Shown in pieces: positions 26,252-33,174 of a DNA stretch of 33,174 nt. Source of the DNA: Acidimicrobiaceae bacterium (GTDB lineage: Bacteria > Actinomycetota > Acidimicrobiia > Acidimicrobiales > RAAP-2); assembly GCA_003135595.1 (NCBI GenBank), contig PLCI01000051.1, positions 1,476-34,649 on the forward strand. The letters run 5' to 3'. Position 1 is the first letter of the stretch. Every line of letters begins with the position of its first letter. The position numbers and the translations under genes are program-made. The notes under the pieces were generated by a model. The model was given only the letters and a program-made list of their open reading frames with translations. It was not told the DNA's origin and searched no databases.

Positions 26252-26617
26252 TCAGCCGTGCATCGTGGAGGCGTGTTGCACGCTCGGGCACAGCGTGAAC
26301 ATGTCGTCAAGTCCAGTGATGGAGATGATGCGAAGAATGGTTGGATTTATGACGACGATCCGAAGCTGACGACCCGCTCGTTGCAGCCACTTCTGTCCAG
26401 CAATGAGGACGCCAAGCGCCGTTGAGTCAATGAACTCAACGTGGTCGAGGTCGATCACGACGCCTCGCTCCGGCGATGCCTCTCGGACGGCCGTGCGCAA
26501 CTCTGACGAAGTGGTCACATCGAGGTCGCCTTCACAGGTCAGGACCGTCCAGGTCCCAACGGTGCTCGTCGTGATGCGGCATTCCCCGCGGACGACAGGT
26601 CCTTGCTCATCAGTCAT
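26252..26617 (-). CDS. STAS-domain anti-sigma-factor antagonist (RsbV/SpoIIAA/RsfB-like)
   Basis: 121 aa. LTCEGDLDVTTSSELRTAV ... LDHVEFIDSTALGVLIAG carries the conserved DS(T) phospho-site motif. The start lies 6 nt after the sigma stop, with AAGGAGA upstream. Confidence 0.9.
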   Translation of the reverse strand: MTDEQGPVVRGECRITTSTVGTWTVLTCEGDLDVTTSSELRTAVREASPERGVVIDLDHVEFIDSTALGVLIAGQKWLQRAGRQLRIVVINPTILRIISITGLDDMFTLCPSVQHASTMHG

Positions 26618-26623
26618 CGCCGA

Positions 26624-27367
26624 TCATTCTCCTTCTGCATACGCCGCGCGAAGCGTATCGATTGCGCTTCGCAGCAGCCGCGACACGTGCATCTGACTGA
26701 TCCCGAGCCGCTCGGCGATCTCGGACTGTGTCAACTCCTCGGCGAACCTCAGACGCAGTATGGACTGTTCTCGCAGGCTCAGTCGGTCGAGATGCGGCGA
26801 GAGCTCGGCGAGTTCGTCGTGAAGCCCTGCGGCCGCCCGTGTGCCTTCCACACGCTCGAGCAACGTTCGCCCATGCTCGCCTCGCGCGTCGAGGGAGGTC
26901 GCGCGGTAGCCCTGTCCGGCCTCGATCGCCGCGAGGATGTCGCCCTCGGAACGCTCGCACGCAGCGGCGATCTCGCGGACCGTGGGCGACCTGCCGAGCT
27001 GCTGGGTGAGTTCGGCGACCGCCGCGTTCATCTCGAGGTAGAGCTCCTGGACACGACGCGGCGCCCGGACCGCCCACCCCTTGTCGCGGAAATGATGCTT
27101 GAGCTCCCCGACGATCGTGCGCGTCGCGAATGCAGGAAAGTCGTAGCCCATGCTCGCGTCGAAGGCATCAGCTGCCTTGACCAACGCGACCGCGGCGACC
27201 TGGGCGAGGTCCTCGCGCGACTCGCCGCGGTTGGCGAATCGACGTGCGATCTGCTCAGCGAGGCCGAGATGAGCCTTGACGAGCCGCTCCCTCGCGTCGC
27301 TGCGCCGTCCAGTGGGCTCCTCGCCGCTCGGGGCGGGATGGGTGATGCCACGCGGAACGGGCGTCAT
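26624..27367 (-). CDS. SigB/SigF-group (group 3) RNA polymerase sigma factor
   Basis: ATG 27367 overlaps the anti-sigma stop (ATGA). Region 2 reads DLAQVAAVALVKAADAFD...FPAFATRTIVGELKHHFRD. Region 4 reads LSLREQSILRLRFAEELTQSEIAERLGISQMHVSRL. Confidence 0.9.
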   Translation of the reverse strand: MTPVPRGITHPAPSGEEPTGRRSDARERLVKAHLGLAEQIARRFANRGESREDLAQVAAVALVKAADAFDASMGYDFPAFATRTIVGELKHHFRDKGWAVRAPRRVQELYLEMNAAVAELTQQLGRSPTVREIAAACERSEGDILAAIEAGQGYRATSLDARGEHGRTLLERVEGTRAAAGLHDELAELSPHLDRLSLREQSILRLRFAEELTQSEIAERLGISQMHVSRLLRSAIDTLRAAYAEGE

Positions 27368-27777
27368 GGTCCCGGGAGTGGGCGCTCCCTGCGCTTCCGC
27401 AGCCACGTCGTCGGCTGATCACCATCCATCGTGACGCCGTGCTCGTCGACCAGTGCGTCCAAGATCCGTGTCGAGAGAAGCTCCGGGAAGCCCTCATTCG
27501 TCCACGCGCCAGTCGGGCGTCCGAGATCAGCCTCTCCTATCAGCCGACAGGTGATCGCAATGACCGTCGGATCCCAGGCGATCTCAACGGCAAGCCGATC
27601 CGGTGCGCTAGGAGAGAGGCTGAGCAGTGACATGCAGAGCTCCTCGGCGGCGAGGTGCAGGTCCTCGACATCCTCGAGGGTCATGTCGATCCGTGACGCC
27701 ACCGCGGCCACATGGAGGCGCACGAGGTAGAAGAAGTCCGTCCGGGCCGGCAGCGTCAACTCGATGCGTGCATCCAT
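27364..27777 (-). CDS. Anti-sigma factor of the RsbW/UsfX type with degenerate ATP-binding motifs
   Basis: ATG 27777 lies 6 nt after GAGGAG. LTLPARTDFFYLVRLHVAAVASRI...DLHLAAEELCMSLLS parallels M. tuberculosis UsfX (DLRLAVDEVCTRLI). The N-box Asn/His and the DxGxG motif are absent. Confidence 0.8.
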   Translation of the reverse strand: MDARIELTLPARTDFFYLVRLHVAAVASRIDMTLEDVEDLHLAAEELCMSLLSLSPSAPDRLAVEIAWDPTVIAITCRLIGEADLGRPTGAWTNEGFPELLSTRILDALVDEHGVTMDGDQPTTWLRKRRERPLPGP

Positions 27778-27981
27778 CGGACTCCTCGACGCGGCTGCAA
27801 CACGCGTCACCCGCTTGAAGCGCCAATTGGCACTGGCTCGATCCTACGTTCGCCTCGCGGACAACGCGTCGCCGTCATTTTCGCTGGTGGGATATCCTCC
27901 GGGGCCTCACCTCTCGCACGCTCGGAGTGTCGTCCTCAGGGACAGACGCCGGGCGGCCCGATCGACGACGGGGAGACGTGC

Positions 27982-29655
27982 ATGAGGGTGGATGACGGAG
28001 CCTCAGCAGCGCCGTTCGCGTCGTCGATCGGGAGCACGCTGAGCCAAGGGGGCGCAGGGCACGAGGCGACCGCGCCACGCGATGCACCCGTCGCGCCGGC
28101 GCACCGGCTCCGTCGGCGGTGGTTGGCGCATCCGTCGAGCGCGGTCATTGTCGCCATTGGTCTCGCACTCACGATCGGGCTCGCCGCAGGCGCACAGGTG
28201 GCGTCAAACGACGCGAAAGCGCGCCTGCTGAACGCGCAGCTCCGCCAGGTCGCCACCGCGCTCGAGGCATCGATCTCGCAGCTCCAAAAACCGCTCATCG
28301 ACGCGGACCACATCGCGTCCTCCACGCGGTCAACGAAGGCGTTCGAGACGTTCATGCAATTCGAGGTCGGTGACGGGGCGCCGTTCCGCGCAGTGTCGCT
28401 CTGGCGGATCCGCCCAGGCGTGCCGCGCTTGCTCATAGGCGTGGGTCGATCCGCGCTCCTCTCTCAGCCGGGGGTGGCACGCCGATTCCTGTCCGGCCTG
28501 CGTCCGAGCACGCAGCTGTCGGTGACGGCGATCTTCCCCGGGCCGCCCCGGGGCTACGGGATCGCTGAGGTCCTTCCCGGCTCGAGAGACGGACTTGCCG
28601 TCTACGCGGAGCCAGCGCTCCTTCCCGCGAGCTCCCCCGTCGCCGGGCTCGACGTGGCGCTGTACCTGGGGCGCACCGTGGCGAGTCGCAACCTCATGGC
28701 ATCGTCAAGGCCGACGTACCCCTCGGGACCGCAAGCCACGCTGGTGGTGCCCTTCGGCTCGTCGACGATCACGATCGTGGCCACGTCCACTCGGCCGCTT
28801 GAGGGAGTCCTCCCGAGCGAGCTGCCCTGGCTCATCGGCGGCTTGGGCGTGCTGCTCGTGCTGCTCGCCACGCTCGCGAATGAGCGCCACATCCACCGCC
28901 GGGAGCTGGCAGAGACGCTCGCCACGGCCACCGAGCTGCGCTATGACGTGCAGCGCGACATCTCGACCACGCTCCAGCAGGCGCTCCTGCCCGAAGAGCA
29001 CCCGGTCTTCCCAGGCGTCGACCTCGCGACGCGCTACGTCGCCGGCACGCGTGGGCTCGAGATCGGGGGGGACTGGTACGACACGATTGCCATCGACGAC
29101 GACCGGCTGTTCGTCGCGGTCGGCGACGTGTCGGGGCGTGGGCTGCAGGCCGCGACAGCCATGGCCTACCTCCGCCACGCGATCCGGGCCTACGCCGTCC
29201 AGGGCGACGGACCCGAAGTGGTCCTCGGCAAGCTCGACGAGCTCATCGATGTCGAGCGCGATGAGTACTTCGCGACGGTGCTCTGCGCGCTCGTGGAGGT
29301 CGCCGACCGGCGCGTCACGCTGGCGAGCGCCGGGCACCCTCCGCCGCTCGTCATCGATCAGTCTGGCGCGCGGTACGTCGGGCTCACTGTGAGTCCGCCA
29401 ATCGGGACCGCGAGCGGCGCGCGACCGATCCCTCGGACGGTCGTCGTCGAGCCACGTGCCGCCCTCATCGCATTCACCGACGGACTCGTCGAGCGACGTG
29501 GCATTGCCCTGGACGACCGCCTCGAGACGCTCCGTGCCGCCGCGGTTGGGCAACATGGCCCCGTGGACGCAACCTTGACGCACCTGCTCACCTCACTCAT
29601 CCCGGACGGCTCCGAGGACGACATCGCGATCCTGGGGGTCAAGTGGCGCCCCTAG
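27982..29655 (+). CDS. Membrane-bound PP2C/SpoIIE-family serine phosphatase with an extracytoplasmic sensor domain between two TM segments
   Basis: ATG 27982 is preceded by GGGGAGA. TM1 is AVIVAIGLALTIGLAAGAQVA, followed by ~250 external aa, then TM2 LPWLIGGLGVLLVLLATLA. PP2C motifs are IGGDWYD, VGDVSGRGLQAA and FTDGLVE. Confidence 0.85.
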   Translation: MRVDDGASAAPFASSIGSTLSQGGAGHEATAPRDAPVAPAHRLRRRWLAHPSSAVIVAIGLALTIGLAAGAQVASNDAKARLLNAQLRQVATALEASISQLQKPLIDADHIASSTRSTKAFETFMQFEVGDGAPFRAVSLWRIRPGVPRLLIGVGRSALLSQPGVARRFLSGLRPSTQLSVTAIFPGPPRGYGIAEVLPGSRDGLAVYAEPALLPASSPVAGLDVALYLGRTVASRNLMASSRPTYPSGPQATLVVPFGSSTITIVATSTRPLEGVLPSELPWLIGGLGVLLVLLATLANERHIHRRELAETLATATELRYDVQRDISTTLQQALLPEEHPVFPGVDLATRYVAGTRGLEIGGDWYDTIAIDDDRLFVAVGDVSGRGLQAATAMAYLRHAIRAYAVQGDGPEVVLGKLDELIDVERDEYFATVLCALVEVADRRVTLASAGHPPPLVIDQSGARYVGLTVSPPIGTASGARPIPRTVVVEPRAALIAFTDGLVERRGIALDDRLETLRAAAVGQHGPVDATLTHLLTSLIPDGSEDDIAILGVKWRP

Positions 29656-30383
29656 ACGACGCCATCGCGATGATGCTCGTCGAGCAGGCGCCGGACGGGA
29701 CGCTGCACCTCGAGCTGCGCGGCGAACTCGACATCGTGTCGGTCGCGGCACTCCAGCCTCAGGTCGCCGCGGCGCTGGCGTACGACTCGAGCCGTGTCGT
29801 CCTGGACGCCGCGGGGCTGACCTACGTCGACAGCTCGGGCCTCGCCGTGCTCCTTCGGCTCGCCTCGCGCCACGGCAGCCTCGAGATGCGACACGCGTCG
29901 GACCCCGTCCGCCAGATCATCGGCGCCGCTGGGCTGGCCTCGCGGTTCGGACTGGCAGCCGAGCCGCGCCCGGTTCAGCGTCGCCGATTCCCCAGGGAGC
30001 TCCTGTCCGTGCGCGAGTCACGTACTTTCGTGCTCGACGTGCTGCGCGACGTGGAAGCACCCGTTCGCGAGCTGGCGGCAATCCTCGTGGCCGAGGTCGC
30101 GACCAATGCGGTGCTGCACGCGGCGTCGGCGTTCGAGGTCGCCATCGCCGTCGCCGACGACGGGGTGCGTGTCGAAGTGGCTGACGACGGCGGTGGGACG
30201 CCCAAGCTCCTTGAGCCCGATCGGGACTCGACGAAAGGGCGCGGCCTCGTGATCGTGGACCGCCTCTCGCGCCGATGGGGCGTGCAGTCTCGAGGTGACG
30301 AGTCCAAGACCGTCTGGTTTGAGCTCGAGCGCCCTGAGGGTGGGAAGGACATCACCGAACTCGACACAGCGCCGGGACCGTGA
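29643..30383 (+). CDS. Fusion protein: N-terminal STAS (anti-sigma antagonist) domain + C-terminal HATPase_c_2 anti-sigma-factor/Ser-kinase domain
   Basis: GTG 29643 lies 4 nt after GGGGG and overlaps the phosphatase gene end by 13 nt. ATG 29670 and 29673 are alternatives. The STAS part reads LELRGELDIVSVAAL...LTYVDSSGLAVLL. The kinase part reads SVRESRTFV...VAEVATNAVLHA...VADDGGGTP...GRGLVIVDRLSRRWGV. Confidence 0.8.
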   Translation: MAPLDDAIAMMLVEQAPDGTLHLELRGELDIVSVAALQPQVAAALAYDSSRVVLDAAGLTYVDSSGLAVLLRLASRHGSLEMRHASDPVRQIIGAAGLASRFGLAAEPRPVQRRRFPRELLSVRESRTFVLDVLRDVEAPVRELAAILVAEVATNAVLHAASAFEVAIAVADDGVRVEVADDGGGTPKLLEPDRDSTKGRGLVIVDRLSRRWGVQSRGDESKTVWFELERPEGGKDITELDTAPGP

Positions 30384-30504
30384 CCCTCCGCGAACTCGTG
30401 ACGGATTGGCGATGGTGCCGCCGTTTTCCGTGATCGTTGTTTGGCTACCGTGTCCGCAAGGGCATAGAGCAGGTGACATCGGAACGCCGATTCGGAGGTG
30501 TGGG

Positions 30505-31158
30505 TTGCAGGTTCGTCGAGCGCTGAGGGGTGGTGCGATCGCGATGGTCCTCGCGCTCGGCACCGTGCCGGTGCTCGCGTCGGCGTCCTACGCGAAGGGC
30601 CCGGGCTCGGCGCCGGCGTCGCCGACCGCGGTGTTGCTTATCTCGGGGAACCGCTCACTCTCGGCCTCCTGGTCTGAGTCCTCCACGGGGAGGATCACCT
30701 TCGTCGCGACCGCATCCGGGGCGGGTCGCACGACGCGCAAGTGCACCTCGAAGACGACCCGGTGCAAGATCGCCTCCCTCGTGAACGGGGCGGTCTATGA
30801 CGTCACCGTGATCGCCTCGACGACCTCGGGCACGTCGAGCCCATCCAGTGCAGCTTCGGCGATCGTCGGTGTCCCAGGCGCGCCGCTCTCCGTGCACGCA
30901 AGGCCCGTCGTTGCCGCGGCGTCGGTCACGTGGGGACCACCGAAGGCAAGCGGCGTGGCCAACCCCACGGGCTATATGGCGACGGCGTCACCGGGCGGGT
31001 TCAGTTGCTCGACAGTGAAGACAATCCTCGCCTCACCGGCGCGAACCTGTCAGATCCCGGGGCTGACACCCGGCACGTCGTACACGGTGACCGTGACGGC
31101 GACGAATGCCTACGGCACCGGCGTGCCGTCGCACGCGGTCTCCGTCACGCCGTCCTGA
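30505..31158 (+). CDS. Secreted protein with two FN3-like domains, each with a conserved Cys pair (paralog A)
   Basis: In-frame TTG 30505 lies 6 nt after GGAGG (30494-98) and gives the signal peptide MQVRRALRGGAIAMVLALGTVPVLASASYA. ATG 30544 is an alternative. FN3 hallmarks are SWSESSTG...YDVTVIA and VTWGPPKASG...YTVTVTATNAYG. Confidence 0.8.
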   Translation: MQVRRALRGGAIAMVLALGTVPVLASASYAKGPGSAPASPTAVLLISGNRSLSASWSESSTGRITFVATASGAGRTTRKCTSKTTRCKIASLVNGAVYDVTVIASTTSGTSSPSSAASAIVGVPGAPLSVHARPVVAAASVTWGPPKASGVANPTGYMATASPGGFSCSTVKTILASPARTCQIPGLTPGTSYTVTVTATNAYGTGVPSHAVSVTPS

Positions 31159-31333
31159 CCGCCTCGCACGCTCCGCTCACATCGTTGACATTGTCGCAGA
31201 GGGTCTCGCACGGAATCTCCGGCTTGCATGCAGTCCCAGTTCGCCAAGTTCTCGAAGTCCAGGTTCAGACCGCGTCGCGGAGGGGCAGTGGCTGAGAGCA
31301 GTGCGACCACCACCCACATTGGAGGCAATGAAT

Positions 31334-31981
31334 ATGAGAATTTCTTCAGTCATGAAGCGCGGCGCAGTAGGGGCCGCCATCGCGATCGCAGCGGTGCCGG
31401 CGTTCGCGTCCGCATCGTCAGCGAGCGTCGGCCACATCGCTGCGCCCGCCTCACCCGCTGCGGTGGCGCTTAGCTCAGGCAACCGCGCTCTCGGTGTCTC
31501 TTGGACCGAAGCTTCGACCGGGGCGATCACCTTCAAGGCGACGGCAAGGGCCACGGGCAAGGCGACCAAGTCCTGCACGACCAAGATGCTCAAATGCTCG
31601 ATCACCTCGCTCGTGAACGGCGTCGTCTACGACGTCACCGTCACGGCGAAGAACGCCGGAGGCACCTCCGCGCCGTCAACCGCGGTGTCCGGCATCGTCG
31701 GCGTCCCGGGAGCCCCCCTGTCGATCCACGCGACCGCGGGCACCGCGTCCGCCACGATCAAGTGGGCACACCCCAAGGCAAGTGGCGTGACGAACGTGAC
31801 GAGCTACATGGCCACGGCACAGCCCGGCGGCTTCAGCTGCTCGACGTCCGGCACCGAACCCGCGCGGTCCTGCATCATCGCGGGGCTCACAACCGGCACG
31901 AAGTACACCGTCACGGTGACCGCGACCAACGCCTACGGAACTGGCTCGCCTTCCAAGTCCGCAACGGTGACACCGAACTAG
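31334..31981 (+). CDS. Secreted protein with two FN3-like domains (paralog B, tandem duplicate of 30505-31158)
   Basis: ATG 31334 lies 8 nt after GGAGG (31321-25). ATG 31328 is an alternative. Signal peptide MRISSVMKRGAVGAAIAIAAVPAFASA. Collinear with paralog A by eye, with the same Cys spacing. Confidence 0.85.
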   Translation: MRISSVMKRGAVGAAIAIAAVPAFASASSASVGHIAAPASPAAVALSSGNRALGVSWTEASTGAITFKATARATGKATKSCTTKMLKCSITSLVNGVVYDVTVTAKNAGGTSAPSTAVSGIVGVPGAPLSIHATAGTASATIKWAHPKASGVTNVTSYMATAQPGGFSCSTSGTEPARSCIIAGLTTGTKYTVTVTATNAYGTGSPSKSATVTPN

Positions 31982-32010
31982 GAACAACCACAGAACAGAG
32001 GTGAGCGAAG

Positions 32011-32048
32011 CTGGCCCCGGCGGAGACGCCGGGGCCAGTTTCGTTGTT
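32011..32048 (+). terminator. Canonical intrinsic terminator: 12-bp perfect GC stem (CTGGCCCCGGCG gaga CGCCGGGGCCAG) followed by TTTCGTTGTT
   Basis: Read directly, 30 nt after the stop of the second FN3 gene. It is the only stem-plus-T-tract terminator I found in the window. Confidence 0.8.
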
Positions 32049-32148
32049 CGGCCGCCGAGGTCGGATGCCGATCAGGTGGAGGCGATATCCACCCTGGCTC
32101 CACCCTCGGGCCGATGCTGGCGGGTGCCGGTCGCCCGACACTGGGGAC

Positions 32149-32679
32149 ATGACACTCATTGACTACCTGCTCAATGCCGTTCTCATCGGACTGGTCGCGT
32201 TGCAAATCCGCGGTCACAAGGTGACCGTCGTGCGCCTGCTGGTGCCGGTGGTACTGACCATCTGGGGGGCGTCACAGTTCCTCCGGTCCGTCCCGACCGC
32301 GGGGAGCGACGTCGCGCTCGAGGCCTGCCTGCTGCTCGCTGGCTGCTGCTTCGGCGCGCTCGCTGGCCTCGCGACGGGGATCCACCGTGACGGCGACGGC
32401 GCGATCGCTAAGGCCGGCGGTGTCGCCGCGCTCCTCTGGGTGATCGGCATCGGCGCGAGGGTCGGCTTCTCGCTGTGGGTGACCCACGGCGGCCAGGCGA
32501 TCGTGTCGGGCTTCAGCGCCTCGGTGCACGTGACCACGGGCGCCGCCTGGGTCGCGGGCTTCATCCTGATGGCGATGGCCGAGGTCGTCTCGAGGACGGG
32601 CGTGCTGTACCTCAAGACCGTCCGCTCCGGTGCAGTCGTGCCACGCGGCGGCCTGGTCGGCCGCTCGGCCCTCGCGTGA
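32149..32679 (+). CDS. Small integral membrane protein (4-5 TM), function unknown
   Basis: ATG 32149 gives MTLIDYLLNAVLIGLVALQI.... Hydrophobic throughout and GC3-rich. The 35 codons upstream in ORF 32044 are Arg/Pro-rich and unlikely to be translated. Confidence 0.7.
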   Translation: MTLIDYLLNAVLIGLVALQIRGHKVTVVRLLVPVVLTIWGASQFLRSVPTAGSDVALEACLLLAGCCFGALAGLATGIHRDGDGAIAKAGGVAALLWVIGIGARVGFSLWVTHGGQAIVSGFSASVHVTTGAAWVAGFILMAMAEVVSRTGVLYLKTVRSGAVVPRGGLVGRSALA

Positions 32680-32720
32680 CGGCCGCGCGCGGAGCCCGGA
32701 CGAGTGAGACGATCTTGGCC

Positions 32721-33174
32721 ATGGCGGCTCCGGCCCGGTTCGGCGACCTCGGTGGTGCCCGAGCCAACCGGCTGCTGTCGATGGCACGCGTCGCTGGCCT
32801 GGGCGTCCTGCTCTGGGGGGCCGCCCATCAGCTGTCCGCCAAGGTCGCCCAGGAGCACTGGGCGGGCCCGGCACTCTTGGCCGTCGTCAGCGTGTCGTGG
32901 CTCGGCTGGCTCGCGAGTCGTCGGCTCCCCGCACCGTCGTGGGTGACCGCGACATTACTCGCGGCCATGGCGACGACCGGCGGGTTGCTTGTGGCCTACG
33001 CGCCGGTCTCGATCGGCTTCGTCGCCGTCGCCGCGCTGGGCGCCGGCGTCGCCTTCGAGCCGCGCCAGGCCCTGGGAGTGGGCGCCGTCGGGGTGGTCGC
33101 GATCATCGTCGGCGTCGGGGTGCTCGGCAGCCCCTACCGCGGAGAGGTCATCGCCGAGGGCGTCTTCGCCGCCG
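32721..33174 (+). CDS. Membrane protein, N-terminal part (possibly the TM input domain of a sensor kinase); 3' end outside window
   Basis: Not in the ORF track because it has no stop. I translated from ATG 32721 to the window end (151 codons) with no stop and strongly G/C-biased third positions. It shows several hydrophobic segments (LAVVSVSWLGWLA, LLAAMATTGGLLVAYAPVSIGFVAVAALGAGVA, GVGAVGVVAIIVGVGVLG). Confidence 0.5.
   Translation, partial: MAAPARFGDLGGARANRLLSMARVAGLGVLLWGAAHQLSAKVAQEHWAGPALLAVVSVSWLGWLASRRLPAPSWVTATLLAAMATTGGLLVAYAPVSIGFVAVAALGAGVAFEPRQALGVGAVGVVAIIVGVGVLGSPYRGEVIAEGVFAA

Noticed and set aside
29065-29071. G7 homopolymer inside the PP2C catalytic motif (GGDWYD) as a phase-variation switch.
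   Set aside because: It simply encodes Gly-Gly. G6 and C6 runs occur elsewhere in coding DNA of this window (for example 18377-82 and 32815-20), so it is not exceptional for this composition.
1-33174. CRISPR arrays, IS elements or transposases, integrases, rRNA genes and known defence-system genes (nucleases, helicases, ATPases).
   Set aside because: No regularly spaced direct repeats, no terminal inverted repeats flanking a transposase-like ORF, and no ORF with recombinase, nuclease or helicase motifs were seen on either strand.

Overview
High-GC actinobacterial chromosomal segment: mycothiol gene mshA, Ni-superoxide dismutase sodN/sodX, and SigF/UsfX-type and ECF sigma modules. No rRNA, CRISPR array, transposase, integrase or recognisable phage or defence genes were found. 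Left part (1-8000): a TetR/NmrA pair. Then a tightly packed minus-strand redox unit, sodX - XRE regulator - mshA - ybjN-like, divergent from sodN. Then a TraR/DksA-like gene, an ECF sigma with a membrane anti-sigma candidate, and a secreted 7-bladed FG-GAP-like propeller. A tRNA-Lys(UUU) at 8003-8075 is followed about 170 nt later by a near-perfect copy of its 3' half, which looks like an att scar. Downstream of it the window becomes compositionally patchy and accessory-like. This part holds a frameshifted secreted Cys-repeat/FN3 gene and an operon of a 934-aa zinc-ribbon polytopic membrane protein, a MacS-like kinase and a NarL regulator. It also holds lipoproteins, two decayed GNAT-toxin 3' fragments flanking a SIMPL gene, two VOC genes, a 796-aa orphan membrane protein and a 468-nt region of about 46 % GC full of GATC palindromes. 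Right part (23473-31981): a sensory cluster. It comprises a CHASE-GGDEF-EAL protein, usfX-like anti-sigma - sigF-like sigma - STAS antagonist, a divergent membrane PP2C phosphatase translationally coupled to a STAS+anti-sigma-kinase fusion, and two tandem secreted 2xFN3 paralogs. The most interesting candidates are the partner-switching cluster with its unusual fusion protein and the three-gene membrane sensor operon. Neither is proven novel from sequence alone. All family calls rest on motif recognition by eye, not on database searches.
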